DNA of 64,000 nt from the NCBI GenBank assembly GCA_020200135.1, contig JAIVJI010000009.1, positions 1,642 to 65,641 on the forward strand, given 5' to 3'. The DNA comes from Acidobacteriota bacterium. Its GTDB lineage: Bacteria; Acidobacteriota; Blastocatellia; Pyrinomonadales; Pyrinomonadaceae. Below, in pieces: positions 7,952-15,686 of the stretch (positions are counted from its first letter, which is position 1; each line of letters begins with the position of its first letter). Below the pieces are notes generated by a model that worked only from the letters and a program-made list of their open reading frames with translations, made no database searches and was not told the DNA's origin. The position numbers and the translations under genes were made by a program.

Positions 7952-9694
7952 TTAAACCCCGCGCCTCCTTAAGATGCGCGTGAAGCGCCCGACCACGGCG
8001 CGCGACTCGGGCACGCCCCACAGCGACGTGAGCCCGAAGTAGAGGAGCCCGTAGGGCGTCAGCACGAGCGCCGCGACGAAAATCGGGTGTACGTCGCCGA
8101 GCAGAAGCCTGAGCCCCCAGGCCAGCGCGGCGCTCGCGGCGGCCGAGACCCAGAGCTTCGAGGCGAAGGACGAGGCGACGCCCGTCCGCCCGATGCGCGC
8201 GTTGAGCCTGCGCCTGAGCAGGAGCAGCTCGGCCCACCCGGCCAGCCCGGCCGAGAGGGTGAGTCCGACCGTGCCCCAGCGTTGGTCTATGCCGAGCAGC
8301 GGCGGCAGCGGCAGCGCGAAGAGGTAGCCCAGCACGGTCGCCAGCGCGACGTGCAGGACGGCAAAGCGGAGCGGCGTCCGCGTGTCGTGCAGCGCGTAGA
8401 AGGTCGAGGAGTAGAGGCGCCCGAAGGTCGAGGGCACGAGCCCGACGGCCGAGCCGGCGAGCACGGCCCAGACGTAGACGGTGTCGGCGCGGCCGAAATT
8501 CCCGGTCTGGTAGAGCGCGCCGACCATCACGTCGCCGAGCGTGAAGAGCGCCACCGCCGACGGCACGATGAAGAGGGCGACCTGCCGCAGCCCGGCCGTC
8601 AGACGCCCGCGCAGCTTCTCGGCGACCTCGGACTGCTCGCCCGCGGCGGCGCTCGACATCTCGGGCAGTTCGGCGGCCGAGACCGAGATGCCGAAGAGGC
8701 TGACGGGCAGCGTGTAGAGGCTCTGCGCGTAGCCGAGCGCGGCGACGGCGCCCGTGCCGAGCCAGCTCGCGAGCCAGGCGTCGACGAAGGCGCTGATCTG
8801 CACGACGCCGCGGCTGACGAAGACGGGCAGGAAGTTCCGGAGCACCGTCCGCACGTGTACGTCGGCGAGGCGCGGCGAGAGGCGCGCGCGCCTGAGCAGC
8901 ATCAGCACCGTCGGCAGTTGCACCGCGAACTGTAGGGCGCTCCCCACGACCGAGCCCCAGGCCGCATAGGCCGCGACGCGCCCCCAGACGTCGAGGTTCC
9001 CGGTCGGCGTCTCGCGCACAGGCCAGCCCGCCCACGCGAGCGCCGCGATGAGCGCGAGATTCCAAACGACCGGCGCGGTGTAGGAGAGGAAGAAGCGGCG
9101 GTGGCTGTTGAGGACGCCTAAGCACCAGGCGGAGAGCACGAGCAGGCCGGCGCCGGGGAAGAAGATGCGCACGAGCCGCTCGGTGAGGTCGCGCTTCTCG
9201 CCCTCGAAGCCCATGGCGATGGCGTTGATGAGCAGCGGCGAGGCGAGCACGCCCGCGAGCACCATGACCGAGACGACGAGCGCGAGCAGCGTGAAGACGG
9301 CCCAGGCGACGCGGTCGGCCTCCTCGTCCTCGTCCCGCGCGAGCAGGCGCGCGTAGACGGGGATGAACGAGGCCGAGAGGGCGCCCTCGCCGAAGACGTT
9401 CTGGAGGAAGTTGGGGATGCGGAACGCCGCGTTGAAGGCGTCCATCGCGTCCCCGCCGCCGAGGAAGTATGCGAAGACCCTCTGGCGTATGACGCCGACG
9501 ACGCGGCTCAGCAGAATGCCCGCGCCGACCAGAAAAGCGCCGCGCCCCGAGCCGCGCTGCTGCGGCTTAGAGGCGGCGGCGGGCGGCGCGGCCTCCGGGG
9601 CGTGGAACTCGCCCGTCGCCGCGCCCACCTGCGCGACCCGCTCTCCGGCGGCCAGGTCGGCCTCGCCCCGCTCGCCCTCTTCGTCTCGTCCCAT
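7952..9694 (-). CDS. murJ: Lipid II flippase MurJ
   Basis: 580 aa polytopic membrane protein with the MurJ/MviN N-terminal signature LSRVVGVIRQRVFAYFLG...AFRIPNFLQNVFGEGALSASFIPVY. Confidence 0.85.
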   Translation of the reverse strand: MGRDEEGERGEADLAAGERVAQVGAATGEFHAPEAAPPAAASKPQQRGSGRGAFLVGAGILLSRVVGVIRQRVFAYFLGGGDAMDAFNAAFRIPNFLQNVFGEGALSASFIPVYARLLARDEDEEADRVAWAVFTLLALVVSVMVLAGVLASPLLINAIAMGFEGEKRDLTERLVRIFFPGAGLLVLSAWCLGVLNSHRRFFLSYTAPVVWNLALIAALAWAGWPVRETPTGNLDVWGRVAAYAAWGSVVGSALQFAVQLPTVLMLLRRARLSPRLADVHVRTVLRNFLPVFVSRGVVQISAFVDAWLASWLGTGAVAALGYAQSLYTLPVSLFGISVSAAELPEMSSAAAGEQSEVAEKLRGRLTAGLRQVALFIVPSAVALFTLGDVMVGALYQTGNFGRADTVYVWAVLAGSAVGLVPSTFGRLYSSTFYALHDTRTPLRFAVLHVALATVLGYLFALPLPPLLGIDQRWGTVGLTLSAGLAGWAELLLLRRRLNARIGRTGVASSFASKLWVSAAASAALAWGLRLLLGDVHPIFVAALVLTPYGLLYFGLTSLWGVPESRAVVGRFTRILRRRGV

Positions 9695-9701
9695 CAGGAA
9701 A

Positions 9702-11072
9702 TCAGAGGCCGTACTCTTTGATCTTGGTCAGGAGCGTCTTGTAGCTGACGCCCAGCTCCTCGGCCGCGCGCGTCTTGTTGCCGTCGTGCGCGCGGAGCGC
9801 GTCGGCTATCTTGCGGCGCTCAACGGCGCGCGCGGCGCGCTCGGCCGCCTCGGCGAGCGTCCCCGACAGGTCGAGGCCGGCGTCAGCGTCGCCGCTCGCC
9901 GCGCGCGCGCCCGCCGCGAGCCCGAGGTCGGCGGGCGTGAGCACGGCGGAGTCGGCGAGGATGCAGGCGCGCTCGATGGCGTTCTCAAGCTCGCGGACGT
10001 TGCCGGGCCAGTCGTGCGCGCCGAGCGCCGCGAGCGCGTCGTCCGAGAGCGTCGCCTCGCGCTTGCGCAGCTCGCGCCCGAGCTGCGCGGCGAAGTGTCG
10101 GGCGAGCAGCAGCACGTCCTCGCCGCGCTCGCGCAGGGGCGGGACGCGGACGGGGAAGACCGCGAGGCGGAAGTAGAGGTCGCGGCGGAACGCGCCCGAC
10201 TCCGCCTCGGCGCGCAGGTCGCGGTTGGTGGCGGCGACGACGCGCACGTCCACGGGGACGGGCGCGCGCCCGCCGATGCGGTCGACGACCTTCTCCTCGA
10301 TGGCGCGCAGGAGTTTGCCCTGGACGTTCAGGGGCATCTCGCCTATCTCGTCGAGGAAGATGGTGCCGCCCGCGGCCAGCTCGAACTTGCCCGGGCGCCG
10401 CTCGGTCGCGCCGGTGAACGAGCCGCGCTCGTGTCCGAACAGCTCGGACTCGATGAGCGTCTCGGGGATGGCGGCGCAGTTGACGGCGACGAGCGCGCGG
10501 TCGCGCCGCGGCGAGAGGTGGTGGAGGGCGCGCGCGAAAAGCTCCTTGCCGGTGCCCGACTCGCCGAGCAGGAGGACGGTCGTGTCGGTCGCCGCCACGC
10601 GCTGCGTCTCGGCGACCGCGCGGCGGATGGCCTCCGACTCGCCGACGATGCGCGGGAAGCCGTAGCGGCGCGACCACTCCTCGCGGAGCAGCACGTTCTC
10701 GGTGCGCAGGCGGCTGTGTTCGAGCGCGCGGCCGATGAGCAGGAGGAGGTGGTTCGAGTCGACGGGCTTCTGGAGGAAGTCGTGCGCGCCGTCCTTCATC
10801 GCCTGCACGGCCTCGTCTATCGAGCCGTAGGCGGTCATCAGGACGACCGGCACCTCGGGGTCGGCCGCCTTCGAGGCGCGGAGCACGTCGAGACCCGACC
10901 CGTGCGGCATCCGCAGGTCGGTGAGGACGAGGCGGAAGGGCTCGCGGGCGAGCGCCTGCGCGGCGGCGCGCGCGTCCTCGGCCTCGGCGACCGAGTAGCC
11001 GGCGCTCTCCAGCGTCAGGCGCAGCACGCGCCTCAGGCTCTCCTTGTCTTCGACCAGCAGGACGTCAGGCAT
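9702..11072 (-). CDS. Sigma-54-dependent response regulator (NtrC family; PilR- or PrsR-like)
   Basis: REC domain (LVLTDLRMPHGSG), AAA+ sigma-54 interaction domain (GESGTGKE, GSFTGA), and C-terminal Fis-type HTH (NKTRAAEELGVSYKTLLTKIKEYGL). Confidence 0.9.
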   Translation of the reverse strand: MPDVLLVEDKESLRRVLRLTLESAGYSVAEAEDARAAAQALAREPFRLVLTDLRMPHGSGLDVLRASKAADPEVPVVLMTAYGSIDEAVQAMKDGAHDFLQKPVDSNHLLLLIGRALEHSRLRTENVLLREEWSRRYGFPRIVGESEAIRRAVAETQRVAATDTTVLLLGESGTGKELFARALHHLSPRRDRALVAVNCAAIPETLIESELFGHERGSFTGATERRPGKFELAAGGTIFLDEIGEMPLNVQGKLLRAIEEKVVDRIGGRAPVPVDVRVVAATNRDLRAEAESGAFRRDLYFRLAVFPVRVPPLRERGEDVLLLARHFAAQLGRELRKREATLSDDALAALGAHDWPGNVRELENAIERACILADSAVLTPADLGLAAGARAASGDADAGLDLSGTLAEAAERAARAVERRKIADALRAHDGNKTRAAEELGVSYKTLLTKIKEYGL

Positions 11073-11083
11073 TTAGGTCAAAT

Positions 11084-11158
11084 GATGAACGAGGAACGCC
11101 GGACGAAGAACTGAAGACGGCCGGTGTTCAGTTCTTCGCTCAGCGTTCCTCGTCCATC
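11084..11158. repeat. Period-7 palindromic element (family H, GANGAAC units) in the leader of the activator gene
   Basis: GATGAAC GAGGAAC GCCGGAC GAAGAAC TGAAGAC ... TTCAGTTCTTCG ... GCGTTCCTCGTCCATC. Outer 16-bp stem and inner 12-bp stem. Confidence 0.8.
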
Positions 11159-11173
11159 GTTTCCTTGCGGCGG

Positions 11174-11203
11174 ATGGTAACGACGCGGGCGAAAGGGTGT
11201 CAA
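11174..11203 (-). promoter_or_regulatory. Putative sigma-70 promoter for the activator gene
   Basis: Minus strand reads TTGACA-N18-TACCAT, just after the terminator hairpin of the pilX-like gene. Confidence 0.4.
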
Positions 11204-11224
11204 GCACGTCGGGGGAAAAGCGAA

Positions 11225-11255
11225 GGGCGCGGCCGCCCCGAAGAGCGCCGCGCCC
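11225..11255 (-). terminator. Intrinsic terminator after the pilin operon
   Basis: GGGCGCGGC-N13-GCCGCGCCC; on the minus strand it is followed by TTCGCTTTTCCCCC. Confidence 0.5.
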
Positions 11256-11279
11256 CGCGCGTGTCGTCCGCCGTCCGCC

Positions 11280-12512
11280 TTACTTCTCGACGATGCCGAG
11301 CGCCTTCGGGCCGAACGCGGCGAGCGCGTTCTCGATGGCCAGTGAGTTGTAACGGATGGTCGAGTTGCCGCCGCCGCTGGTCTCGAAGACGACCGGGCCG
11401 AAGCCGCCCGACCCGTCGCCGGTGAAGTTGGCGGCGAGCACGCCGCCCTCGATGACGCCGCCGCCGCCGCCGCCGCGCACGATCCGGCCCTCGCCGAGCA
11501 CGAAGACCAGACCGTAGAAGTTGAAGTTGCCGCTCGTCGACAGCGTCCCCGTGATGACCATGAAGCCGCTCCCGGAGTTCTGCGGGCCGAGCGAGCAGTC
11601 GCCGTCGATGAAGGTGTAGCCGCTGAGGGCTTGGTTGTTGGGCGGGCAGGCGGTGGAGGAGGCGAACTCCCTCATCGAGGCGACGGCCGCGGCGGTCGTC
11701 TCGGCGTCGGACACGATGTCCGGCCACGGCATCGCGGCCGTGCCGACCGGCATGACGCCGCCGGTCAGCACCTCGCCCGCCATGGCGGTGGTGGCGATGA
11801 CGAGGTCGGAGTTGCCGTTATACAAGGTCTGCCCGACGCCGACCGCCGGCTTGGTCACCAACGGGTTGGACGCGTCCGTCCCCGAGTAGGAGTTGGGCGC
11901 GCCGGGCCCCGGGTCGATGCTCACGTGATTCGTGCCGTCCTCGGACTCGCGGAGCACGAGCGGGGCGGGCGCGTCGTAGCTGAACTGGAACCTGTCCACC
12001 ATCATCTCCAGCACCTTGGTCGCGCCCTTCTGGAGCTCGCGCCCGGTCGAGCGCACCACCAGGTAGCGCGGCTGGTAAGCCGCGCCGAGCGTGGCGGTGC
12101 GGGGCCTGCTTGGGTCGTAGACCTCGACCCTGTAGCCCAGCGAGGGGTTGCTGCTGATCTCCACGGTGTCGCCGTCGTAGTCGAGCCAGAGCGCGAGGTT
12201 GTAGCCGGCGTTGGTGCAGGGGTCGGCCGTGCCGCAGGCGAGGCGGTGGAAGTCCGCGTCGGTGCCGGCCGGGTCGGACGGGACGTTGCGCCTGAGGACG
12301 TTGAGCGCGGCCTGGAGGCCGGCGTCGGCCGCGTAGTAGGCTTGCGCCTCGGACGTGGCGTCAACGGCGTTCGCGGCGGTCATCCCGGCCGAGGCGATGA
12401 GCGCGCCGCCGGCCGCGAGCAGCAGCATCGCGACCAACAGCGACGTGACGAGCGCCGCGCCGCGCTCGCCGCGGCGGCGGAGTGAGACTTCAGTGGGCTT
12501 GGTTGTCATCAT
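11280..12512 (-). CDS. PilX-like minor pilin / pilus assembly protein (oversized, 410 aa)
   Basis: N-terminus RRGERGAALVTSLLVAMLLLAAGGALIA...SEAQAYYAADAGLQAAL resembles the PilX N-terminal domain. It is the last gene of the pseudopilin operon. Confidence 0.6.
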   Translation of the reverse strand: MMTTKPTEVSLRRRGERGAALVTSLLVAMLLLAAGGALIASAGMTAANAVDATSEAQAYYAADAGLQAALNVLRRNVPSDPAGTDADFHRLACGTADPCTNAGYNLALWLDYDGDTVEISSNPSLGYRVEVYDPSRPRTATLGAAYQPRYLVVRSTGRELQKGATKVLEMMVDRFQFSYDAPAPLVLRESEDGTNHVSIDPGPGAPNSYSGTDASNPLVTKPAVGVGQTLYNGNSDLVIATTAMAGEVLTGGVMPVGTAAMPWPDIVSDAETTAAAVASMREFASSTACPPNNQALSGYTFIDGDCSLGPQNSGSGFMVITGTLSTSGNFNFYGLVFVLGEGRIVRGGGGGGVIEGGVLAANFTGDGSGGFGPVVFETSGGGNSTIRYNSLAIENALAAFGPKALGIVEK

Positions 12513-12533
12513 CCTTCACCTCGGGGGGGCGCG

Positions 12534-13208
12534 TCACTGCGAGAGCAGGAGGTTGCGCAGCGTGGCGCGCGACTCGACCTCCATCTGCGTGGCCGGCTGG
12601 TAGCCGGCCTGCCCCGACGTGCCAACGGCCGGCAGCGTGACGGTCACGGTGACCTTGACGGTCTGCGCCAGCGACGCGTTGGTGGTCAGGGTCCCGTCCG
12701 CCTTGTAGTACTCGAACTCGAGCGCGTCGACGCGGTTGGCGAGCGGCGAGATGGCGTTCGAGCTGTTCACGTCCTGCCGCGTGACGAGGCTCTGGAGCTC
12801 TCCGGCGGCGTCCACGTTGTTGATGAGCGCGTAGACGATGTCTTCGCCCGCGTCGGCCGTGTCTGAGTCGCAGTCGGGGGCGACGCCGGCGGTGACGACC
12901 TTGCAGAAGGCGTTGAGGTTGGTGCGGACGCGGATGGCGAGCGCGCCCGAGTCGGCGGCGACCAGCCCGTTGTTCTCCATACCGAGCCCCGCGTTCGTTA
13001 TCTCGCGCGTCATCGACTGGAGCGCGCGCTGCACGTCGGCGACCGCCTCGGAGCGCTGGTTCTCGCGCGTGCGCACGGCCATCGACATGGAGAGCATCCG
13101 GCTGGCGATGACCATGATGACGAGCGTCACGCCGAGCGCGACCATCAGCTCGATGAGCGAGAAGCCTGCCTCGCCCGAATTCGCACGCGTCCCTTTACGT
13201 TCTCTCAT
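12534..13208 (-). CDS. PilW-like minor pilin (prepilin-type N-terminal cleavage/methylation domain)
   Basis: GEAG/FSLIELMVALGVTLVIM prepilin motif with Glu at +5. Confidence 0.7.
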   Translation of the reverse strand: MRERKGTRANSGEAGFSLIELMVALGVTLVIMVIASRMLSMSMAVRTRENQRSEAVADVQRALQSMTREITNAGLGMENNGLVAADSGALAIRVRTNLNAFCKVVTAGVAPDCDSDTADAGEDIVYALINNVDAAGELQSLVTRQDVNSSNAISPLANRVDALEFEYYKADGTLTTNASLAQTVKVTVTVTLPAVGTSGQAGYQPATQMEVESRATLRNLLLSQ

Positions 13209-13236
13209 CGCTCTCCTCGCCTTTACGCGGCGCCTT

Positions 13237-13692
13237 TCAGTTGTCGCCGATCTCGTCAGAGGCGCGCAGCAACACGAGCGTCACGCCGCCGCCCGTCCAG
13301 CGCGTGCCGACCTCCTTGGGGGTCACAGTGACCTCGACGACCTTCTGCCTGCTGTCGGGGACGCCGGCGTCGACCTGAATCCTCGTCGTGACCCTGAAGG
13401 TGCGCCGGTCGGACTTGCCCGCCTCAGTGCTGCCGACGTTGACTTCCTCGTTGGTGGTGCCCGCCGCGAGCCCCGCGAAGGGCGTGGCGCGGTGCGTCTC
13501 CATGCGCTCCTGCGCGAGCGCCAGCGCGCGCGCGCGGTCGCTCGCCCCGGCGTTGAAGTTGGCCGAGAAGAGGAAGAGCGAGATGGCGCCGAAGCCGATG
13601 ACCATCGCGATGAAGAGCGCGATGACCGTTTCGAGGATGGTGAAGCCGCCTTCGGCGCGTTGGCGGTCGGGTCGTTGGGTGGCGGGTCTCAT
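13237..13692 (-). CDS. PilV-like minor pilin
   Basis: AEGG/FTILETVIALFIAMVIG prepilin motif; 151 aa. Confidence 0.7.
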   Translation of the reverse strand: MRPATQRPDRQRAEGGFTILETVIALFIAMVIGFGAISLFLFSANFNAGASDRARALALAQERMETHRATPFAGLAAGTTNEEVNVGSTEAGKSDRRTFRVTTRIQVDAGVPDSRQKVVEVTVTPKEVGTRWTGGGVTLVLLRASDEIGDN

Positions 13693-13704
13693 CTCGTTCC
13701 CCCT

Positions 13705-14853
13705 TCAGTTCGAGACGGAGAGGAAGATGTCCTGCGTCCCGCCGCAGCCGGTGGGCGGCGTCACGCGCACGGTGAAGTTGCCGCGGTTGGCCTGACCCGT
13801 CCCGGCGGTGATCTTGATGGACATGGCCGTCACCTCGACGGTCAGGTGCGCGTTCGCCGTCGGGTGCTCGGCGGCGCTGATGGTGGCGCCCAGGGGCGCG
13901 TTGGTGAGCGTGGCCGTGACGTAGGTGGAGCGGTTGATGCCCGCGTTGTGGATGGGGATGCGGTTGGTCGTGCTGCTCGTCGGCGACAGGCTCATGGAGC
14001 ACTGCGCCGACCCGCCCGTGGTCGTCGTGCCGCCGGTCGTCCCGCCGGTCGTCCCGCCCGTCGTGCCGCCGGTCGTCCCGCCGGTCGTCCCGCCGACTGT
14101 GCCGCCGACTGTGCCGCCGGTCGTCCCGCCGGTCGTGCCGCCGGTCGTCCCGCCCGTCGTGCCGCCGGTCGTGCCGCCGGTCGTGCCGCCGGTCGTGCCG
14201 CCGGTCGTCCCGCCGGTGGTCGTGCCGCCCGTCGACGTGCCGCCCGCGCCGCCGGGGCCGAGCGAGCCGGAGTCGCCGGCGTTCGCGGCGTAGTTGCCGG
14301 CGGCGAGCGTGATCGGCTCGCGGTCGAGCGAGACCTCGCCGGCGGCGGTGATGCCGACGACGGCCGCGTGCCCGCGCTCGTTGGTGAAGTTGATGCGGTA
14401 CGACTCGCCGCCGCTGGTGCGGCCGCGCCAGTTGAAGGCGACGGTCACCGGCGTCCCCGCGCTGGGCGTCACGGTCGTCGTCGTGCCGGCCGCGTTCGTC
14501 ACCGCGACGTTGGTCAGGACGACGCCGTCGGGGAAGGTGAGCGTGTTGTCGGAGGGCATGCCGTTGTAGTCGTGGTCGAGGAAGGCCACGTACTGCGTGG
14601 ACGAGTTGAGCGTGACGGCGCCGTCGCCGCCGCCGTCGGCGCCGTGGCGCCTGACCGAGTCGATGCGCGTCTTCTCGGTGTAGGCGGCGAACGAGCGCGC
14701 CGCGTTGGTCAGCGTCATCTGGTCGCGCGCCTCCGCGATCTGCATCACCGCGAAGCTCATCACGATGACGACGACGACGAGCACGATGCCTATCTCGGTC
14801 ATCGTGAACCCCGCCTCGCGGCTCCTCGCTCTCGTGCTCACTGGCAAGCTCAT
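13705..14853 (-). CDS. FimT/GspH-like minor pilin with (GGTT)n linker and an extra C-terminal domain
   Basis: Start set to ATG 14853, preceded by a GAGGAGG Shine-Dalgarno (alternative ATG at 14877). REAG/FTMTEIGIVLVVVVIV prepilin motif. About 19 GGT(T/V) tetrapeptide repeats, then a two-Cys C-terminal domain. Confidence 0.7.
   Translation of the reverse strand: MSLPVSTRARSREAGFTMTEIGIVLVVVVIVMSFAVMQIAEARDQMTLTNAARSFAAYTEKTRIDSVRRHGADGGGDGAVTLNSSTQYVAFLDHDYNGMPSDNTLTFPDGVVLTNVAVTNAAGTTTTVTPSAGTPVTVAFNWRGRTSGGESYRINFTNERGHAAVVGITAAGEVSLDREPITLAAGNYAANAGDSGSLGPGGAGGTSTGGTTTGGTTGGTTGGTTGGTTGGTTGGTTGGTTGGTTGGTVGGTVGGTTGGTTGGTTGGTTGGTTGGTTTTGGSAQCSMSLSPTSSTTNRIPIHNAGINRSTYVTATLTNAPLGATISAAEHPTANAHLTVEVTAMSIKITAGTGQANRGNFTVRVTPPTGCGGTQDIFLSVSN
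14012..14239. repeat. 12-bp tandem repeat (~19 units) encoding (Gly-Gly-Thr-Thr)n
   Basis: ccgccggtcgtc-type units. The antisense ORF 13925-14293 reads (PPVV)n and the sense frame reads (GGTT)n. Confidence 0.9.
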
Positions 14854-14925
14854 CTTTCGCCTCCTCGGCCGATTCATCTTTGGGCGGGCGCCCCGAAGAT
14901 TCGGGACGCCACCGCCGCCACACCT

Positions 14926-14942
14926 GGGCAAGGCCGGTGCCA
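14926..14942 (-). promoter_or_regulatory. Sigma-54 (-24/-12) promoter of the minor-pilin operon
   Basis: Minus strand reads TGGCAC-CGGCC-TTGC-CC, an exact match to the TGGCAC-N5-TTGC core. It lies about 70 nt upstream of ATG 14853. Confidence 0.6.
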
Positions 14943-15568
14943 CGCACGTCGCCGGCGAGAAAAACGGAGTTTCTTTTGGAAAAGCGCGGACGAGCCTTCG
15001 CCACGACCTCGACGCCGCCGCGACTCCCGTCACCATACGTGACAAGTTGAGTAGCCGGCTTCACAGTCGGCGCACGGCGCGGCGGTTTGCGGAAGTCGCG
15101 TGCGCGGGTTCCAGCAAACGCGGTGCTCAGACTCCGACGAAGCCGCGCGGCACGCACGACGGTTACACACCTTGTTACCGATCGAAACAGGAGGGCGCGG
15201 CGCCGCGTCCTGGCGCGGTCGTCACGCCGAAGCGGGGCGTGCGGCGCAAGTCACCGAAGACAAAAAGGGTTATGAGTCGAGCGCTTCGCGCGGCCGCGTG
15301 GCGGCTTGTGAATTGCTCTCGGGGTGGGAAGCCGCGCGCCGTCGGCGTGCGCCCGAAGCCCGCGAGGGACTGAAGGCGCGCTCGGCGCGTGTGCTTCGCG
15401 GTGGCGAGCCGGCAGTTGCGGTGCGGAGCGTCTCTCTCAGACCACTCCCGGACGCCAAACCCCCAACCCGCGAGAATCGCCGCGGCGCGCGCGGTCCGCA
15501 CATCGCGCGCGCGGGCGAGGAGCGCCCCGGCGGTCGCCGAGCCGCCGGGGCGCGTTACATTTGAGAAA

Positions 15569-15677
15569 GTAGTCAGTAGACAGTAGTCAGTAGAAAAAAG
15601 GCGGCGCGCTCGGCTGATGACCGGGACGCGCCGCTTTCGTTCTTCTACTGACTACTGACTACTGACTACTGTCTACT
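15569..15677. repeat. Period-7 palindromic element, family A (GTAGNCA / CTACTGA)
   Basis: GTAGTCA GTAGACA GTAGTCA GTAG-A6-GGCGGCGCG-N18-CGCGCCGC-T-rich-(CTACTGA)x3 CTACTGT CTACT. Lies directly downstream of the dacB-like stop. Confidence 0.85.
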
Positions 15678-15686
15678 CCCTTTCCC

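Noticed and set aside
7332-9125. Very long ORFs overlapping annotated genes on the opposite strand or in another frame (e.g. 7332-9125, 9363-11114, 12838-15042, 13424-15157, 17341-19068, 23156-25696, 30452-33136, 39915-41300, 51367-52560, 53071-54531, 59183-60616).
   Set aside because: Their translations are Arg/Ala/Gly/Pro-rich low-complexity strings, typical of non-coding frames in ~70% GC DNA where stop codons are rare. In each case the overlapping frame has clear family motifs.
13925-14293. Plus-strand ORF encoding (PPVV)n.
   Set aside because: It is the antisense reading of the (GGTT)n linker of the FimT-like pilin. It has no start context and no flanking domain.
15046-15565. Structured RNA gene (RNase P, tmRNA, SRP, 6S) in the long non-coding region.
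   Set aside because: By eye, none of the hallmark motifs appears on either strand (GGAAAGUCCGG of the RNase P P4 helix, the tmRNA 5' GGGGCUGA and tag ORF, or the SRP domain IV). This cannot be excluded without covariance models.
15569-15677. Whether the heptamer arrays could be a CRISPR array or a degenerate one.
   Set aside because: The units are 7 nt and directly abutting, with no spacers. The arrays are arranged as inverted arms, and no cas genes are present. The geometry is incompatible with CRISPR.
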